Positions 29,695-39,068 of a stretch of 64,000 nt of DNA are shown piece by piece. The stretch comes from a virus. The translations under genes and the position numbers were made by a program. The notes beneath the pieces are model-generated. The model did no database searches, was not told where the DNA came from, and saw only the letters and a list, made by a program, of their open reading frames with translations. Each line of letters begins with the position of its first letter. Position 1 is the first letter of the stretch. Location: positions 3,025 through 67,024 of the IMG/VR virus record IMGVR_UViG_3300036832_000367. One strand, given 5' to 3'.

Positions 29695-31031
29695 ACGTCG
29701 TGATCTCATCCGGCCACGGCCTTTATGTGCGCGGCGCGAGCGGACCAGAACCGTGGGGGCTCGACGAGGTCGACGAGGCGCGGAGCGTGGTCGAGCGGGT
29801 AGCCGAACATCTACGGCAGGCAGGCGTCCAAGTGACTACGTTTCACGACGACGTCAGCCGTGACCAGAATGCAAATTTGCATACCATCGTCGATTTCCAT
29901 AACAGCAAAAAGCGCGACCTTGATTGCAGCGTGCACTTCAATGCCTATGAAGTTTGCGACAAGCCGATGGGGACCGAGTGTCTTTATGTCAGTCAAAGCG
30001 ATCTCGCGAGCGATGTCAGTGAGTCGATTGCCCTTGCGGGCGACCTGTTGGATCGCGGAGCCAAACAGCGCACCGATCTGTTCTTTCTAAACAATACGAC
30101 AGAACCGGCGATTTTGATCGAGGTGTGTTTCGTCGACAGCGCGGTTGATTGCGGATGCTATCTGGAAAATTTTGACGACATTTGCCTCGCTATTGCGGAG
30201 ACGATCGGCGGAGTGGAGATCGGCAAACCGGGACAACCGGAAGCGCCGGTCTCTCCGGTCTTGCCGCCGCCGTTCGATGCGCAAACCTATGACGTGATTT
30301 GCCAGATCGCGATGGAAGCCCCGGTGGCCGATTACGACTGGAACGATCGCGGGCAAGCGCCGCCCGGCTACGTCATGGGCATGGCGCTGGCGTGGGCTCA
30401 ACTGGTCGAGCGCTATTATCTGCGGGACTCGGCGGTGCTCGAAATGTCCAAGCCGGACACCGAAGACCCGGATCACGACGCGCTGTCATGGTACGCCGAC
30501 GAGTTCAAGGCGCTCGGAATGTCGAACGATGACTCTGGCATCGATACGCTGCGGCACCTGATGGTGCTGATGCTCGGACTCGGGATGCGCGAAAGCAGCG
30601 GCCAGCACTGTGTCGGTCGCGACACGACCGCCCAGAACACCAGCAGCGACACCGCAGAGGCCGGGCTGTTTCAGACAAGCTGGAACATCAGTTCGTGCTC
30701 GGACGAGGTCGAAAAATTGTTTGAGATGTGGGCACCGTCCCTCGACGCCAAGAATGGGTTTCCGCAATGCTACCTGAACGCATTCGCCGAGGGCGTGTCG
30801 TGCGACAGTTCGGACTGGGATAGTTACGGCAGCGGCCAAGGTCTCAATTATCAGGATTTGAGCAAGCGGTGTCCGCCGTTCCACATCGACGTCACCGCGA
30901 TTGGTCTGCGAAATCTGCGCCAGCATTGGGGTCCGATCAACCGCAAGGAAGTCGAGTTGCTGCCCGAGGCGGACATCATGTTTTTCACGATACAGGAGCA
31001 GATGGCTCCGCAGAGGGGGAAGGGAGTCTAG
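29691..31031 (+). CDS. Endolysin: Amidase_3 plus C-terminal lysozyme-like domain
   Basis: ISSGHG, E, SVHFNA, PAILIEVCFVD; C-terminal LGMRESSG..AEAGLFQTS. Confidence 0.85.
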   Translation: MNVVISSGHGLYVRGASGPEPWGLDEVDEARSVVERVAEHLRQAGVQVTTFHDDVSRDQNANLHTIVDFHNSKKRDLDCSVHFNAYEVCDKPMGTECLYVSQSDLASDVSESIALAGDLLDRGAKQRTDLFFLNNTTEPAILIEVCFVDSAVDCGCYLENFDDICLAIAETIGGVEIGKPGQPEAPVSPVLPPPFDAQTYDVICQIAMEAPVADYDWNDRGQAPPGYVMGMALAWAQLVERYYLRDSAVLEMSKPDTEDPDHDALSWYADEFKALGMSNDDSGIDTLRHLMVLMLGLGMRESSGQHCVGRDTTAQNTSSDTAEAGLFQTSWNISSCSDEVEKLFEMWAPSLDAKNGFPQCYLNAFAEGVSCDSSDWDSYGSGQGLNYQDLSKRCPPFHIDVTAIGLRNLRQHWGPINRKEVELLPEADIMFFTIQEQMAPQRGKGV

Positions 31032-31033
31032 CC

Positions 31034-31264
31034 ATGAGCCTACTGATCAGTTTCCTCGATCTTCTGCTCTACATTGCGATCATCATCCTGATTGCCTTCG
31101 GCCTTCGATGGCTGATCACCAGCTTTCTAGGTTGGCAAATCGATGCGGACGTTTACAAGTGGGCGCAGATCGTCGTCGGCCTACTGATCATCATCGCAAT
31201 CGTGGTGTGGCTCGCTAGCGTAATGGGGGCAGGCGTCGGCCTGCCGCACTTTTTGGTTCGATAA
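31034..31264 (+). CDS. Two-TM membrane protein (holin candidate)
   Basis: Two hydrophobic helices; directly after the endolysin. Confidence 0.6.
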   Translation: MSLLISFLDLLLYIAIIILIAFGLRWLITSFLGWQIDADVYKWAQIVVGLLIIIAIVVWLASVMGAGVGLPHFLVR

Positions 31265-31330
31265 CGAATCGCGGGTCGAGAGTCTGCCCCCCGTCCCGCC
31301 GGGACCGCCGTCAATCTGTAAGGGCTGCTG

Positions 31331-31420
31331 ATGCTCTCGAACCGCGACATGATTTTGGTGGCCATCGCGGTCGCGATGGTGATTCTGGTGGCGCTGGCCG
31401 CAAACGCGATCTGGGGCTGA
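31331..31420 (+). CDS. 29-aa single-TM peptide
   Basis: MLSNRDMILVAIAVAMVILVALAANAIWG; last gene of the lysis cassette. Confidence 0.4.
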   Translation: MLSNRDMILVAIAVAMVILVALAANAIWG

Positions 31421-31429
31421 TCCCATCGC

Positions 31430-31466
31430 AAAAAAAATGGCCGCCCCGGTTGCCCGGAGCGGCCAT
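31430..31466 (-). terminator. Intrinsic terminator for leftward transcripts
   Basis: ATGGCCGC...GCGGCCAT hairpin with an A8 run on its + strand 5' side. Confidence 0.75.
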
Positions 31467-31511
31467 TCTCGTGTAAAGAGGTCAGACCCCTAACACTATT
31501 GGCTTACTTTT

Positions 31512-31541
31512 GGCCCCGGTCTCAAGCCGGGGTCTTTTTTT
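31512..31541 (+). terminator. Intrinsic terminator of the late operon
   Basis: GGCCCCGG-TCTCAAG-CCGGGGTC followed by T7. Confidence 0.75.
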
Positions 31542-32076
31542 GTGCCTCGCGGATCGCGTCGAGCGCGGCCTTGCCGGTCAGCGGCATCTTTTTCAGATCG
31601 CCTTTCGCCTTCGCCTTCATCTTGGCGATGCGACCGGCCGACTTCCGGCGCTTGATGTCCTGCTGCTCTTGCAGGATTTGCTCCGCGACCGGATCGAGCT
31701 TCTTGCGTTGCAGGAAGGTCGGGATACCGAGGTCGTCGGTAGTCACTTGCCGCTGCGCTTTCTTGTTCAAAGGCAGCATGGCGGACAGCGTCGGCACCTG
31801 ACTTTCAGTCAGATTGTTGGCTGGCGGCTGGAGTCGTTTCGACTCCACGGTGTTCGCCTGTTCGCGCGGACGCCGACTTGCGACCATCGCGATGTTAGAC
31901 GCATTCTTGACGACGCGTTGCCGTTGCCTGTCCAGCTTGCCGATGGCGTTGACGGCTCGGGTGAGTCGTGACTGCCAGCGTTTCCGCTTGGTGTCGATGA
32001 CGTCAAGCTGTTGCTCGACGGTCATAGCTTTGGCTTTGTGTGCCATGGTGTTTTCGTCCTTTACTATTTCAAACAA
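31522..32076 (-). CDS. Basic hypothetical protein
   Basis: K/R-rich; DDLGIPTFLQR motif; start may be MAHKA. Confidence 0.65.
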   Translation of the reverse strand: MFEIVKDENTMAHKAKAMTVEQQLDVIDTKRKRWQSRLTRAVNAIGKLDRQRQRVVKNASNIAMVASRRPREQANTVESKRLQPPANNLTESQVPTLSAMLPLNKKAQRQVTTDDLGIPTFLQRKKLDPVAEQILQEQQDIKRRKSAGRIAKMKAKAKGDLKKMPLTGKAALDAIREAQKKTPA

Positions 32077-32276
32077 CGCGACTCCTTGCAGGGGTCGCGA
32101 AGATCAGGACCATCCCGACCTTCACAAGCATTATAGCAAATTGCTCGCTCGCCTGCTGGTTGAATGTAGCAAAGGACGGTTGAGCGCGGACTCGTGCGCT
32201 GAAATCATTGACGAACAAAGTGCGAAAAATTGTTGAAAGATGCTTTTTCGGTTTTTGATACAACCGGCGGCGTCAA

Positions 32277-32636
32277 TCATAATATCGGCGAAAGACTCAA
32301 CCCCAAAGCCCCAAGACGCTCCTTCACCTCATTCACACTTTTGCGCCCAACATTCGGCTCCCGCAACAATTCCGATTCAGTCAGCGCGCATAGGTCTGCG
32401 AAGGTCTTCAGCGGGGCTGGTTCCTTGCGGTAGCCGTCGCCGTCGTTGATATGGCGGTAGTAATTGGCAAATAAGTTTTGGACACGCATCGACCACCCAA
32501 CACTACTGAGTGGCTTGGCCAGATTCGCGGTATTCTGTTTCCTCTGTTTGGTGTCTTGATATTTTTGTTCAGTAATTATCACTACTGAACCGGCGATCTT
32601 TCCACAATGCGGGCAACGAACCGTCTTCGTTATCAT
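32277..32636 (-). CDS. RNA polymerase alpha C-terminal-domain-like protein
   Basis: LSSVGWSMRVQNLF...TFADLCALTESELLREPNVGRKSVNEVKERLGALGLSL matches the alpha-CTD pattern; N-terminal CPHC. Confidence 0.8.
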   Translation of the reverse strand: MITKTVRCPHCGKIAGSVVIITEQKYQDTKQRKQNTANLAKPLSSVGWSMRVQNLFANYYRHINDGDGYRKEPAPLKTFADLCALTESELLREPNVGRKSVNEVKERLGALGLSLSPIL

Positions 32637-32646
32637 GCCGCGACAC

Positions 32647-32889
32647 TCATAGCCACGTCTCCACGATTTTCTGGTCGTCTTCCGGCGAGCGCGCGAGACA
32701 TGTCAGGTGCATCTCGAATTCGAGAATGTCGCGCAGCATTTGCAGATCGGGTGCGACGATGATGCTGGACGTTGGTTTCGGACCGTCATCATCGACGTCA
32801 AAAAGTCTTGCGACATACTTGTCTGGGTAATCGGATGGATGATCGTAAATCGTCCACATCCGTAATTTAAATTTATGTTCGTCAATCAT
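32647..32889 (-). CDS. Hypothetical protein
   Basis: WTIYDHPSDYPDKYVAR..RSPEDD..IVETW phage family motif. Confidence 0.7.
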   Translation of the reverse strand: MIDEHKFKLRMWTIYDHPSDYPDKYVARLFDVDDDGPKPTSSIIVAPDLQMLRDILEFEMHLTCLARSPEDDQKIVETWL

Positions 32890-33106
32890 GCTGATCTTGC
32901 ATTCTTTCGCGCGCGCGTAAGGCTTCAAGCGTTGCCAGCACGGCGTTCATCCGGAGCACTCGTTCCTCCGCTTCGTCTGGCCCGATTTTGCCTTTCCGCA
33001 GCAGCCGGTCGTAGACCGTCTTGCGCTGCTCCAACTCGCGCTTCACTTCCGCGATCTGATCCTGCAATGACACGCGATCGATGACGTTCATTTTGATGAC
33101 GTTCAT
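32882..33106 (-). CDS. Hypothetical coiled-coil protein
   Basis: QIAEVKRELEQRKTVY; coupled to neighbouring genes. Confidence 0.7.
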   Translation of the reverse strand: MNVIKMNVIDRVSLQDQIAEVKRELEQRKTVYDRLLRKGKIGPDEAEERVLRMNAVLATLEALRARERMQDQHD

Positions 33107-33107
33107 T

Positions 33108-33554
33108 TCAGGCGCTCCCTTGTGGCGTCGGTTGATAGAGCGATACTAGATTGATCGCGAACTCGCCCGGCTCGAATTCCTCGATCCACATTTTCTCGGC
33201 CGGGAACGGCACGCCGAATTCCTCGCAGATCATCTTGATGGCATCCGGGTGCGGCATAGCGCCTTTCTTGGAACGGCCCTCGACGCCGACCGAGAGATGG
33301 TAGCAGAAACCGGGTGGTTGCTGTTCGACCGAGAAGTGCGCGCGGAAGCCGCCGGGAAAAACGATGAACTGCGACTGCGGACAGAATCCCGGCTTGCGAT
33401 CTTCCAGCTTGACCAGAGGTTTGTTGCCGTCGATTGCCAATTCACGCACCGTTGATAATAACAGCGGGTGAGCCTTGGCGTGGCTGACTATCTCGGCAAT
33501 CTTTTCGCGCTCCGTCGCGCCGATTATCAGGGCTGCCATCGAACCTCCACTCAC
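33108..33554 (-). CDS. Hypothetical protein
   Basis: Operonic, protein-like composition. Confidence 0.65.
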   Translation of the reverse strand: MSGGSMAALIIGATEREKIAEIVSHAKAHPLLLSTVRELAIDGNKPLVKLEDRKPGFCPQSQFIVFPGGFRAHFSVEQQPPGFCYHLSVGVEGRSKKGAMPHPDAIKMICEEFGVPFPAEKMWIEEFEPGEFAINLVSLYQPTPQGSA

Positions 33555-33940
33555 CCAGCGATCATCTCTGCCAACGTCACCATGGCGCGCGCTATGTCGC
33601 GGTTCTTGATGTCGGCATAAGCGCGCAACAGCCGCATCGTGGCTGCGTCATGGCCCGACAGCAGCGTGTCAACCCGATCTTTGCGCACCGGATTGCCGTC
33701 GCCATAGAAATAGGTGATCGGCACCCCCAGCACTTCGGCGATCTGTTGCAGCCGTGACATGGTGATGCGGTTACTGCCCTTCTCGTATTTCTGCACCTGC
33801 TGAAACGAGATGCCGAGGGCCTTGGCCAGCGCATCTTGCGATAGTTCGCGCTCCCGGCGGCGCGTTCGCACGCGCTCGCCTATCGTGACATCGGCTGCGG
33901 TTTTCGTGCGCGGGTCGATTTTTCGCTTCGCTTTCATCAT
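33551..33940 (-). CDS. XRE-family HTH regulator
   Basis: IGERVRTRR..SQDALAKALGISFQQVQKYEKGSNRI. Confidence 0.9.
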   Translation of the reverse strand: MMKAKRKIDPRTKTAADVTIGERVRTRRRERELSQDALAKALGISFQQVQKYEKGSNRITMSRLQQIAEVLGVPITYFYGDGNPVRKDRVDTLLSGHDAATMRLLRAYADIKNRDIARAMVTLAEMIAG

Positions 33941-34506
33941 TTACCTCCCGTTGTTAAAGCCGCGCCATGTGCGAGTCTACCCAGCAGCGCTTCGGCCACT
34001 TCGGCGGGCGTGTGCGTTGGCCCCGGCTGCATGTTGCTCGTGATCTCATGCCACTGGCCATTGACATCGAACGGCGGCGCAAAGATCACGAATGCCTCTC
34101 GTTCATTGAACCGAATCAAGCAAGCGATGTCTTCTTCGGCGCGGCGAATCATCCAGCGCCGCAACGCCGGATCGCGGTGGGCATCGGGGTGTTTCGGATC
34201 GACCCAAATCTGCGCCACCTGAATGTGCTGTGTCGAGCCGTCCTCGTTCGAGACGGTGATGAAATCCGGCATGATGTCGATCACATAGTGCGAGCGGTCC
34301 GGGCGCATCAGGTCGGCGGTATCTTCGTCGAGCAGCCAGCGGCAGGACCAAATCTTGCAGTCAAACGGCATGTTGGCGCGGTTGTAGATCGCGCATCCGG
34401 TGCGGAAGCGTTGATGCTTACACTTGTGACCAGCCAGCTTGCCGATGCTCTTGACCGGCAGCAGGCGGCAGCACAGCGTGCATTCGCCGCAGGATCGGGC
34501 TGTCAC
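33937..34506 (-). CDS. YkgJ-like Cys-cluster protein
   Basis: CGECTLCC..C..GCAIY..CKIWSCRW. Confidence 0.75.
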   Translation of the reverse strand: MTARSCGECTLCCRLLPVKSIGKLAGHKCKHQRFRTGCAIYNRANMPFDCKIWSCRWLLDEDTADLMRPDRSHYVIDIMPDFITVSNEDGSTQHIQVAQIWVDPKHPDAHRDPALRRWMIRRAEEDIACLIRFNEREAFVIFAPPFDVNGQWHEITSNMQPGPTHTPAEVAEALLGRLAHGAALTTGGK

Positions 34507-34952
34507 TTGATCAATCCCTCCTTCTTGGCGCGCCGATATGCGGCGTTGGCCTCGTCTGCGTTCGCATAGGTGCCGTCTTTCTGAATGCCGACAAGGATCG
34601 ATGGCGGCATCGGCAACGGCTGATCCAGCGGTTTCCATAAATGCAAAACGTTTGGATGATTGTTGACGTATTCAGATTTCGGCGGGTGATACTGCACGAC
34701 GCATTCGTGCGGCTCCCAGAATTCATCCTTAACCCAGCACATTTCATCCCAGTTCGGCACCCGGTTGGTGGTCGAGACCGAAACATGCTCCCACGGATAT
34801 TCACGATCCCCTGCACTGGCGATGATGGTCAGCGCCGTTCCTTTCGGTCCCCACACCCGGAATGCGCCATTCGGACCGTCGCGGCTATCGCTGCGATATT
34901 GGCCGTGTCTCATCCGGCCCTGCTCCATTTTTTCCGACAAGGTCTTTTTCAT
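34503..34952 (-). CDS. Conserved phage hypothetical protein
   Basis: WEHVSVS..PNWDEMC..YVNNHPNVLHLW motif. Confidence 0.75.
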   Translation of the reverse strand: MKKTLSEKMEQGRMRHGQYRSDSRDGPNGAFRVWGPKGTALTIIASAGDREYPWEHVSVSTTNRVPNWDEMCWVKDEFWEPHECVVQYHPPKSEYVNNHPNVLHLWKPLDQPLPMPPSILVGIQKDGTYANADEANAAYRRAKKEGLIK

Positions 34953-35149
34953 TTCAAGTCACCCACAAACGAGATTAACTGTTGCTCGTCATAATGATTG
35001 GTCCACGAGGGATCGTTCATGATGTGAAAAAAGAACGCGGCTTTAGCTTGATCCATGGACCCAGCCTGTTCTCGGCAAATTGGCCAGAGTATCCGCAGAT
35101 CGGATCGGCGGTTGGCTCGATCCAAATAATATGTCAGCCATTTGATCAT
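34949..35149 (-). CDS. Hypothetical protein
   Basis: Overlap-coupled ORF. Confidence 0.55.
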   Translation of the reverse strand: MIKWLTYYLDRANRRSDLRILWPICREQAGSMDQAKAAFFFHIMNDPSWTNHYDEQQLISFVGDLK

Positions 35150-35430
35150 GACGGGTTTCGTTTCTTGGCCTTCATGGCTTCGCCCCGCGCCCGCTGCACC
35201 GCGAGCACGCGACGATCCCCGGCAATCTGGTGCATCTCGTCATCGGTGAGATCGCGCAACATGCGCTGATCGTCGAACGCCATCAGGTGCCCGCAGTCGA
35301 GGCAGATCGAGAAGTCACCGGGGTCGGGGGAAGCGGCGTCGGCATCGACGGCCCGCGCGGCGTCTAGCTTCGCGCCGCAACCGGGGCATCGGCTTAACGG
35401 CATCCTGCTGCTGTCACGACCTACTTTCAT
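35146..35430 (-). CDS. Zn-finger hypothetical protein
   Basis: CPGC...CLDC. Confidence 0.65.
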   Translation of the reverse strand: MKVGRDSSRMPLSRCPGCGAKLDAARAVDADAASPDPGDFSICLDCGHLMAFDDQRMLRDLTDDEMHQIAGDRRVLAVQRARGEAMKAKKRNPS

Positions 35431-35434
35431 TTTC

Positions 35435-35950
35435 TCACCCCTTGATCCAGCAATGATCGCCGTGCCACCGCAAATAGGAGTCGGGCCATCGTTGCCGCGC
35501 CTCTTGCCGGGTTAGGCAAGTGTGATTGCGTCCGCGCTCACGATCTACATCAGGCTTCTCGACCGGCTCCGACTTCGCTTCCGCCGCTACCGGCTTAATG
35601 ATTTCCGTCTTGACCGGCTTGGGATCGGCCACGGCCTCACCTACTGCGGAGCGGATCGCGTTGCCGGTTGCCCAGTCGTAAGTCTCGCCCGGCTTGGGCG
35701 TGTCCTGCGGAAACGTCTCAATGTCGTGCCGCTCTTTCCATATGCCGTAGTAAAGCAGGCGGTCGGCAAGCTTGGCGGCCTCGTCGATGGTCATGGTCGA
35801 GATACCTGTGGTGGGCGGCGGCTGATCATCCGCGCGCGCCGCCATCACGATCGACAGCAGCAGCAGAACCAAGATCAGCGTGATCGCGAGGTTAGTCACG
35901 ATCACGCCTTTCGCCGGTTCGTTATTCTGGTGCTTCATCGCCCTTCTCAA
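35435..35950 (-). CDS. Membrane-anchored hypothetical protein
   Basis: N-terminal hydrophobic helix. Confidence 0.6.
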   Translation of the reverse strand: MRRAMKHQNNEPAKGVIVTNLAITLILVLLLLSIVMAARADDQPPPTTGISTMTIDEAAKLADRLLYYGIWKERHDIETFPQDTPKPGETYDWATGNAIRSAVGEAVADPKPVKTEIIKPVAAEAKSEPVEKPDVDRERGRNHTCLTRQEARQRWPDSYLRWHGDHCWIKG

Positions 35951-36392
35951 CTTCGGCTTCTACAGTCCTGCTCGGCTCGCCCTTAGCCAAGCGCTGGCGC
36001 ATCAATTCGGATTGTCGGCGCACGTCTTCGGCCAGACCGGCGTAGGCCTCGATCTCGCCGTAAATCCGCTTGGCTTCGACTCGGTAATAGTCGGCGGTAT
36101 CGTTGAGATGCTGGATGGTTTTTTGCAGATAGGCCATCGCGCCTTCGCACTTCTTGGCGAGGTCAATCAATTCGACGCCCAAGTTTTCGATGTCCTTTGC
36201 CGTCCTTTGGAATTCATTTTCCATGGCTTGAGCACTCAGTTGGCCAGCGGTTCGTGGCTCGACTGCTGGTGCATAATTGACCGGTTCGGGTAGTTTCTCC
36301 GGCCTGTGCCTTGGCACCAGCCGGGCGATCTCGGTTTCGATCTCCGCTCCACTGTCGCTGCCTTGCTTCAAGAATTTTGGGATTGTCATCAT
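35922..36392 (-). CDS. Coiled-coil hypothetical protein
   Basis: Heptad-rich; coupled to neighbouring genes. Confidence 0.6.
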   Translation of the reverse strand: MMTIPKFLKQGSDSGAEIETEIARLVPRHRPEKLPEPVNYAPAVEPRTAGQLSAQAMENEFQRTAKDIENLGVELIDLAKKCEGAMAYLQKTIQHLNDTADYYRVEAKRIYGEIEAYAGLAEDVRRQSELMRQRLAKGEPSRTVEAEVEKGDEAPE

Positions 36393-36598
36393 GATGCTGG
36401 TTCCTTCGTTGTGGTGGTGGTGAAGTTTCGTTTAATAGCAGCGACCGCTGCATCAGGATGGTGTGCAATGGCCTCGCGTTGCACCTTAAACAGCGTTGGC
36501 TTTTCCGCCGTCCATCCGCAGATGCAAACGGCGACAAACTCGGCGGGCACTTGCGCGTCCGGAAAGAAGTAAATGGCGTGACGCAGTTTCTTGGTCAT
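36389..36598 (-). CDS. Hypothetical protein
   Basis: CICGW..H motif. Confidence 0.55.
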   Translation of the reverse strand: MTKKLRHAIYFFPDAQVPAEFVAVCICGWTAEKPTLFKVQREAIAHHPDAAVAAIKRNFTTTTTKEPAS

Positions 36599-37048
36599 CT
36601 AGTGCCTCGTTGCGGTGCTGGGCGGCAGCAGTCCGGTCATCGCGCCGCCCAGCGTGATGTCATTGTGAAATTGCAGAGGCCCGAGGGACGCGCGATCGCC
36701 GGTCCTGACGATATCGCGCGAAGCGCTCATGGTGCGGCCGTTGGAATCCTCGCCGAAATAGCTCACGACTTCACGGCGCGATGTTGCGGTCGGAGTGATC
36801 GTGGTCACCCAAGCTTCAGCGATGAAAACGTAAAGCTGCGGCTTCGATTCGGCGAACCACTCGCGCATCATTTCGGCGGCGACGTGCTTGTCGGGATGCG
36901 GCGGCTCGATCATCACTAAGTCATTCTCCCGCGTCACAACGTGATAGATCGGCGGCAACGTTTCATCGCCACGGCGAAATTCCTGCGCGGCGTCAAACAC
37001 CCGCTCGGATGTTTTTGAGAGTGACTCGATGATGTTCCGCAGTTCCAT
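36599..37048 (-). CDS. Hypothetical protein (paralogue of 55699..56169)
   Basis: YVFIAEAW..RREVV..GE motif shared with 55699..56169. Confidence 0.7.
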   Translation of the reverse strand: MELRNIIESLSKTSERVFDAAQEFRRGDETLPPIYHVVTRENDLVMIEPPHPDKHVAAEMMREWFAESKPQLYVFIAEAWVTTITPTATSRREVVSYFGEDSNGRTMSASRDIVRTGDRASLGPLQFHNDITLGGAMTGLLPPSTATRH

Positions 37049-37163
37049 GGCCGCGACCGTCTGGCTTATTCCGGCATTTGTCAAGTGTAGATTGTCAGAG
37101 GTTAATTTTCTGTGTATAAATGTCGGCAAGGCGACCGACTCGGGAAAGAAGGGGATGTAACCC

Positions 37164-37610
37164 ATGGACTGGACCCCGGATGCGATTCGCACGCTGATCG
37201 ATTTATGGAACGGCGATTCGGTATCGGCCACCGAGATTGCAAGGACTATCGGTACATCACGCAATGCGGTCATCGGCAAAGCGCATCGACTCCAACTAGC
37301 CCGCAAGTGGGGCAAGCCAGCCGAAACCCCACGCAAGCAGAAGCCGCCGCCAAAGAGGATTGCCAGAATGTTTACACCGAAGCCGCCGACCCCGCAGCCC
37401 GAGCCGGAAGTGGCTACCGAGCCGGTTGAATATCTTACCCTGCAATATTGGCACTGCCGCGCCATCGTTGACGGCGTCGGCAGCGATGGGCTTGTGCTGT
37501 CGTGCGGCAGGCGAAAGGTCGAGGGATCATCCTATTGCGCGTCGCACAGCCGCCAATATCTGGGCAACCGGCGCGACGAGCCCGCCGCCCGCGCTCTAAT
37601 CGCGCGGTGA
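37164..37610 (+). CDS. gcrA: GcrA-family cell-cycle regulator
   Basis: MDWT....L..LW..SATEIA..IGTSRNAVIGKAHRL and C-terminal CR..CG..YC..H. Confidence 0.88.
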   Translation: MDWTPDAIRTLIDLWNGDSVSATEIARTIGTSRNAVIGKAHRLQLARKWGKPAETPRKQKPPPKRIARMFTPKPPTPQPEPEVATEPVEYLTLQYWHCRAIVDGVGSDGLVLSCGRRKVEGSSYCASHSRQYLGNRRDEPAARALIAR

Positions 37611-37814
37611 ACCATCCGGCAAACGGGTGACCGCAACGTTACTCCACATGGCGGTGGAACGGTGCGTCCGGATGACAAAGGTTTTGTCCGGCCCGTCTGG
37701 TAAAAGTTCTTCAAGTGCGTCGTTGTAAAGCTTGGCAGCCTCGCGAAGCTTGGCCATGGTTTCAAGTTGCTTGTCGGTCGGCTTGATATATTCGTAAGTC
37801 GATGGGTGTATCAT
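37596..37814 (-). CDS. Hypothetical protein
   Basis: YIKPTDKQ..MAKLRE..LPDGPDK..AMWSN; Acb2/Tad1-like small helical pattern. Confidence 0.6.
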   Translation of the reverse strand: MIHPSTYEYIKPTDKQLETMAKLREAAKLYNDALEELLPDGPDKTFVIRTHRSTAMWSNVAVTRLPDGSPRD

Positions 37815-37981
37815 CTCGTTTCCCTTCTTCGTTCTAGTGCTTGCCAAATTATCCGTTCGATCTCGCCTTCCTCACAAAACCATCGCGAGGCGATGTCGCA
37901 GGTGTTCTCGCCGCGCCTGAACAGCATCAGGCACGACTGTTCCAGCAGTCGTGCCTGTTCGTCTTCGACGACTGTCGTCAT
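37811..37981 (-). CDS. Small hypothetical protein (56 aa)
   Basis: ATGA overlaps at both ends; below the ORF-track cutoff. Confidence 0.55.
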   Translation of the reverse strand: MTTVVEDEQARLLEQSCLMLFRRGENTCDIASRWFCEEGEIERIIWQALERRRETR

Positions 37982-38958
37982 GTGCGCGGCAGGAACTTAC
38001 CCTTGAACTCGTTGGTGTCGGCAACCGAGATGCCGATCCTTATCCTGATCGCGCGCTGTTCTTCGCTGTTGAACCATGCTGCTGCTTTGGTCGCGTCCGA
38101 CTCATCGCGGAGAATTGCCGCCGCATAATCGAAATAGTCCTGCGGCGATTTTAGTATTTCGCCGGATGAATCTTCCTGCTTGGGTGGCGGCGGTGCGTCC
38201 GTCTCCGCCGGTCTAGCGAAGGCGTCCTGAATCTGCCGCGCGGTGCGGCGCTGGCGCAGCTTGGGCGGCTCCGGCTCGTCCTGCTCGACATCCGGCCCAC
38301 CATCAGCCTCGTCCATCACCACGCTGTCAGGCACCGGCAACAGCTTGGTCAGGCGGCGGATCGCGGTCTTCAGCATCATCTGCTCCGGCCACTTCTGCCA
38401 TGGGCTGTCCTCGCGCCCGGCTCGCGATTCGCTGCGGATGCGTGCCATATCTTCCGGCGATACCACCGCGACGAAAAACCCGCCCTCGACCGTGGTCGCC
38501 GCCGCGTAGGTCTCGACGATAGCGCCAGTGCCCGGCCCCTTGTCGTGCAGGAAATGCGGACCGGTTTCGTCGGTCCAGACTCGCCAGTCCCGATCATCCT
38601 TGCGATGGAAATCCGCGCCGATCCACCGGAAATGACCGCTGCGCTGAAACCTTGAGACCAGTCCGCGATACATCGGAATCCAAGTCGCGGTGCCCTTGAA
38701 CGGCACGATTGCGCCATTAACGCCGTCCGGCAGCAGACCGTCTCGGCAGGCTTTCATCAGCGCTAGCCATAGCGAGTCGAACGAGACTCTTTCCAGTAAT
38801 TCCGGCGACTGCTGCGCGGCGGTGACGATGGCGCGGCGCATCTGCATGAATGAAACTCCGGTGCCTTCAAGCGCGGCCTCGATCTCGCTTTGTCGCGCGG
38901 TGAGTTTTGCCCGGAGGATTACGATGGGTGGCTGGCGGGTTGTCAGGCTGTCGGTCAT
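37978..38958 (-). CDS. recT: RecT-family ssDNA annealing protein
   Basis: GLLPDG..GAIVPF..MYRGL..SPWQKWPEQMMLKTAIRRLTKLLP. Confidence 0.9.
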   Translation of the reverse strand: MTDSLTTRQPPIVILRAKLTARQSEIEAALEGTGVSFMQMRRAIVTAAQQSPELLERVSFDSLWLALMKACRDGLLPDGVNGAIVPFKGTATWIPMYRGLVSRFQRSGHFRWIGADFHRKDDRDWRVWTDETGPHFLHDKGPGTGAIVETYAAATTVEGGFFVAVVSPEDMARIRSESRAGREDSPWQKWPEQMMLKTAIRRLTKLLPVPDSVVMDEADGGPDVEQDEPEPPKLRQRRTARQIQDAFARPAETDAPPPPKQEDSSGEILKSPQDYFDYAAAILRDESDATKAAAWFNSEEQRAIRIRIGISVADTNEFKGKFLPRT

Positions 38959-39068
38959 GGTGCTGTCTTCCTTTCTTGTTGATGGTGAGGAACGGGTTGA
39001 GTTCTCGCAGAAACTCGGCGGTCGCCCGTTTTAGTTCGGTGGTCCCCTGCCGTATTTCGTGGGCGAGA

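Noticed and set aside
37049-37465. N-terminal extension of ORF 36599..37465
   Set aside because: Antisense to gcrA; the paralogue alignment supports a start at 37048.
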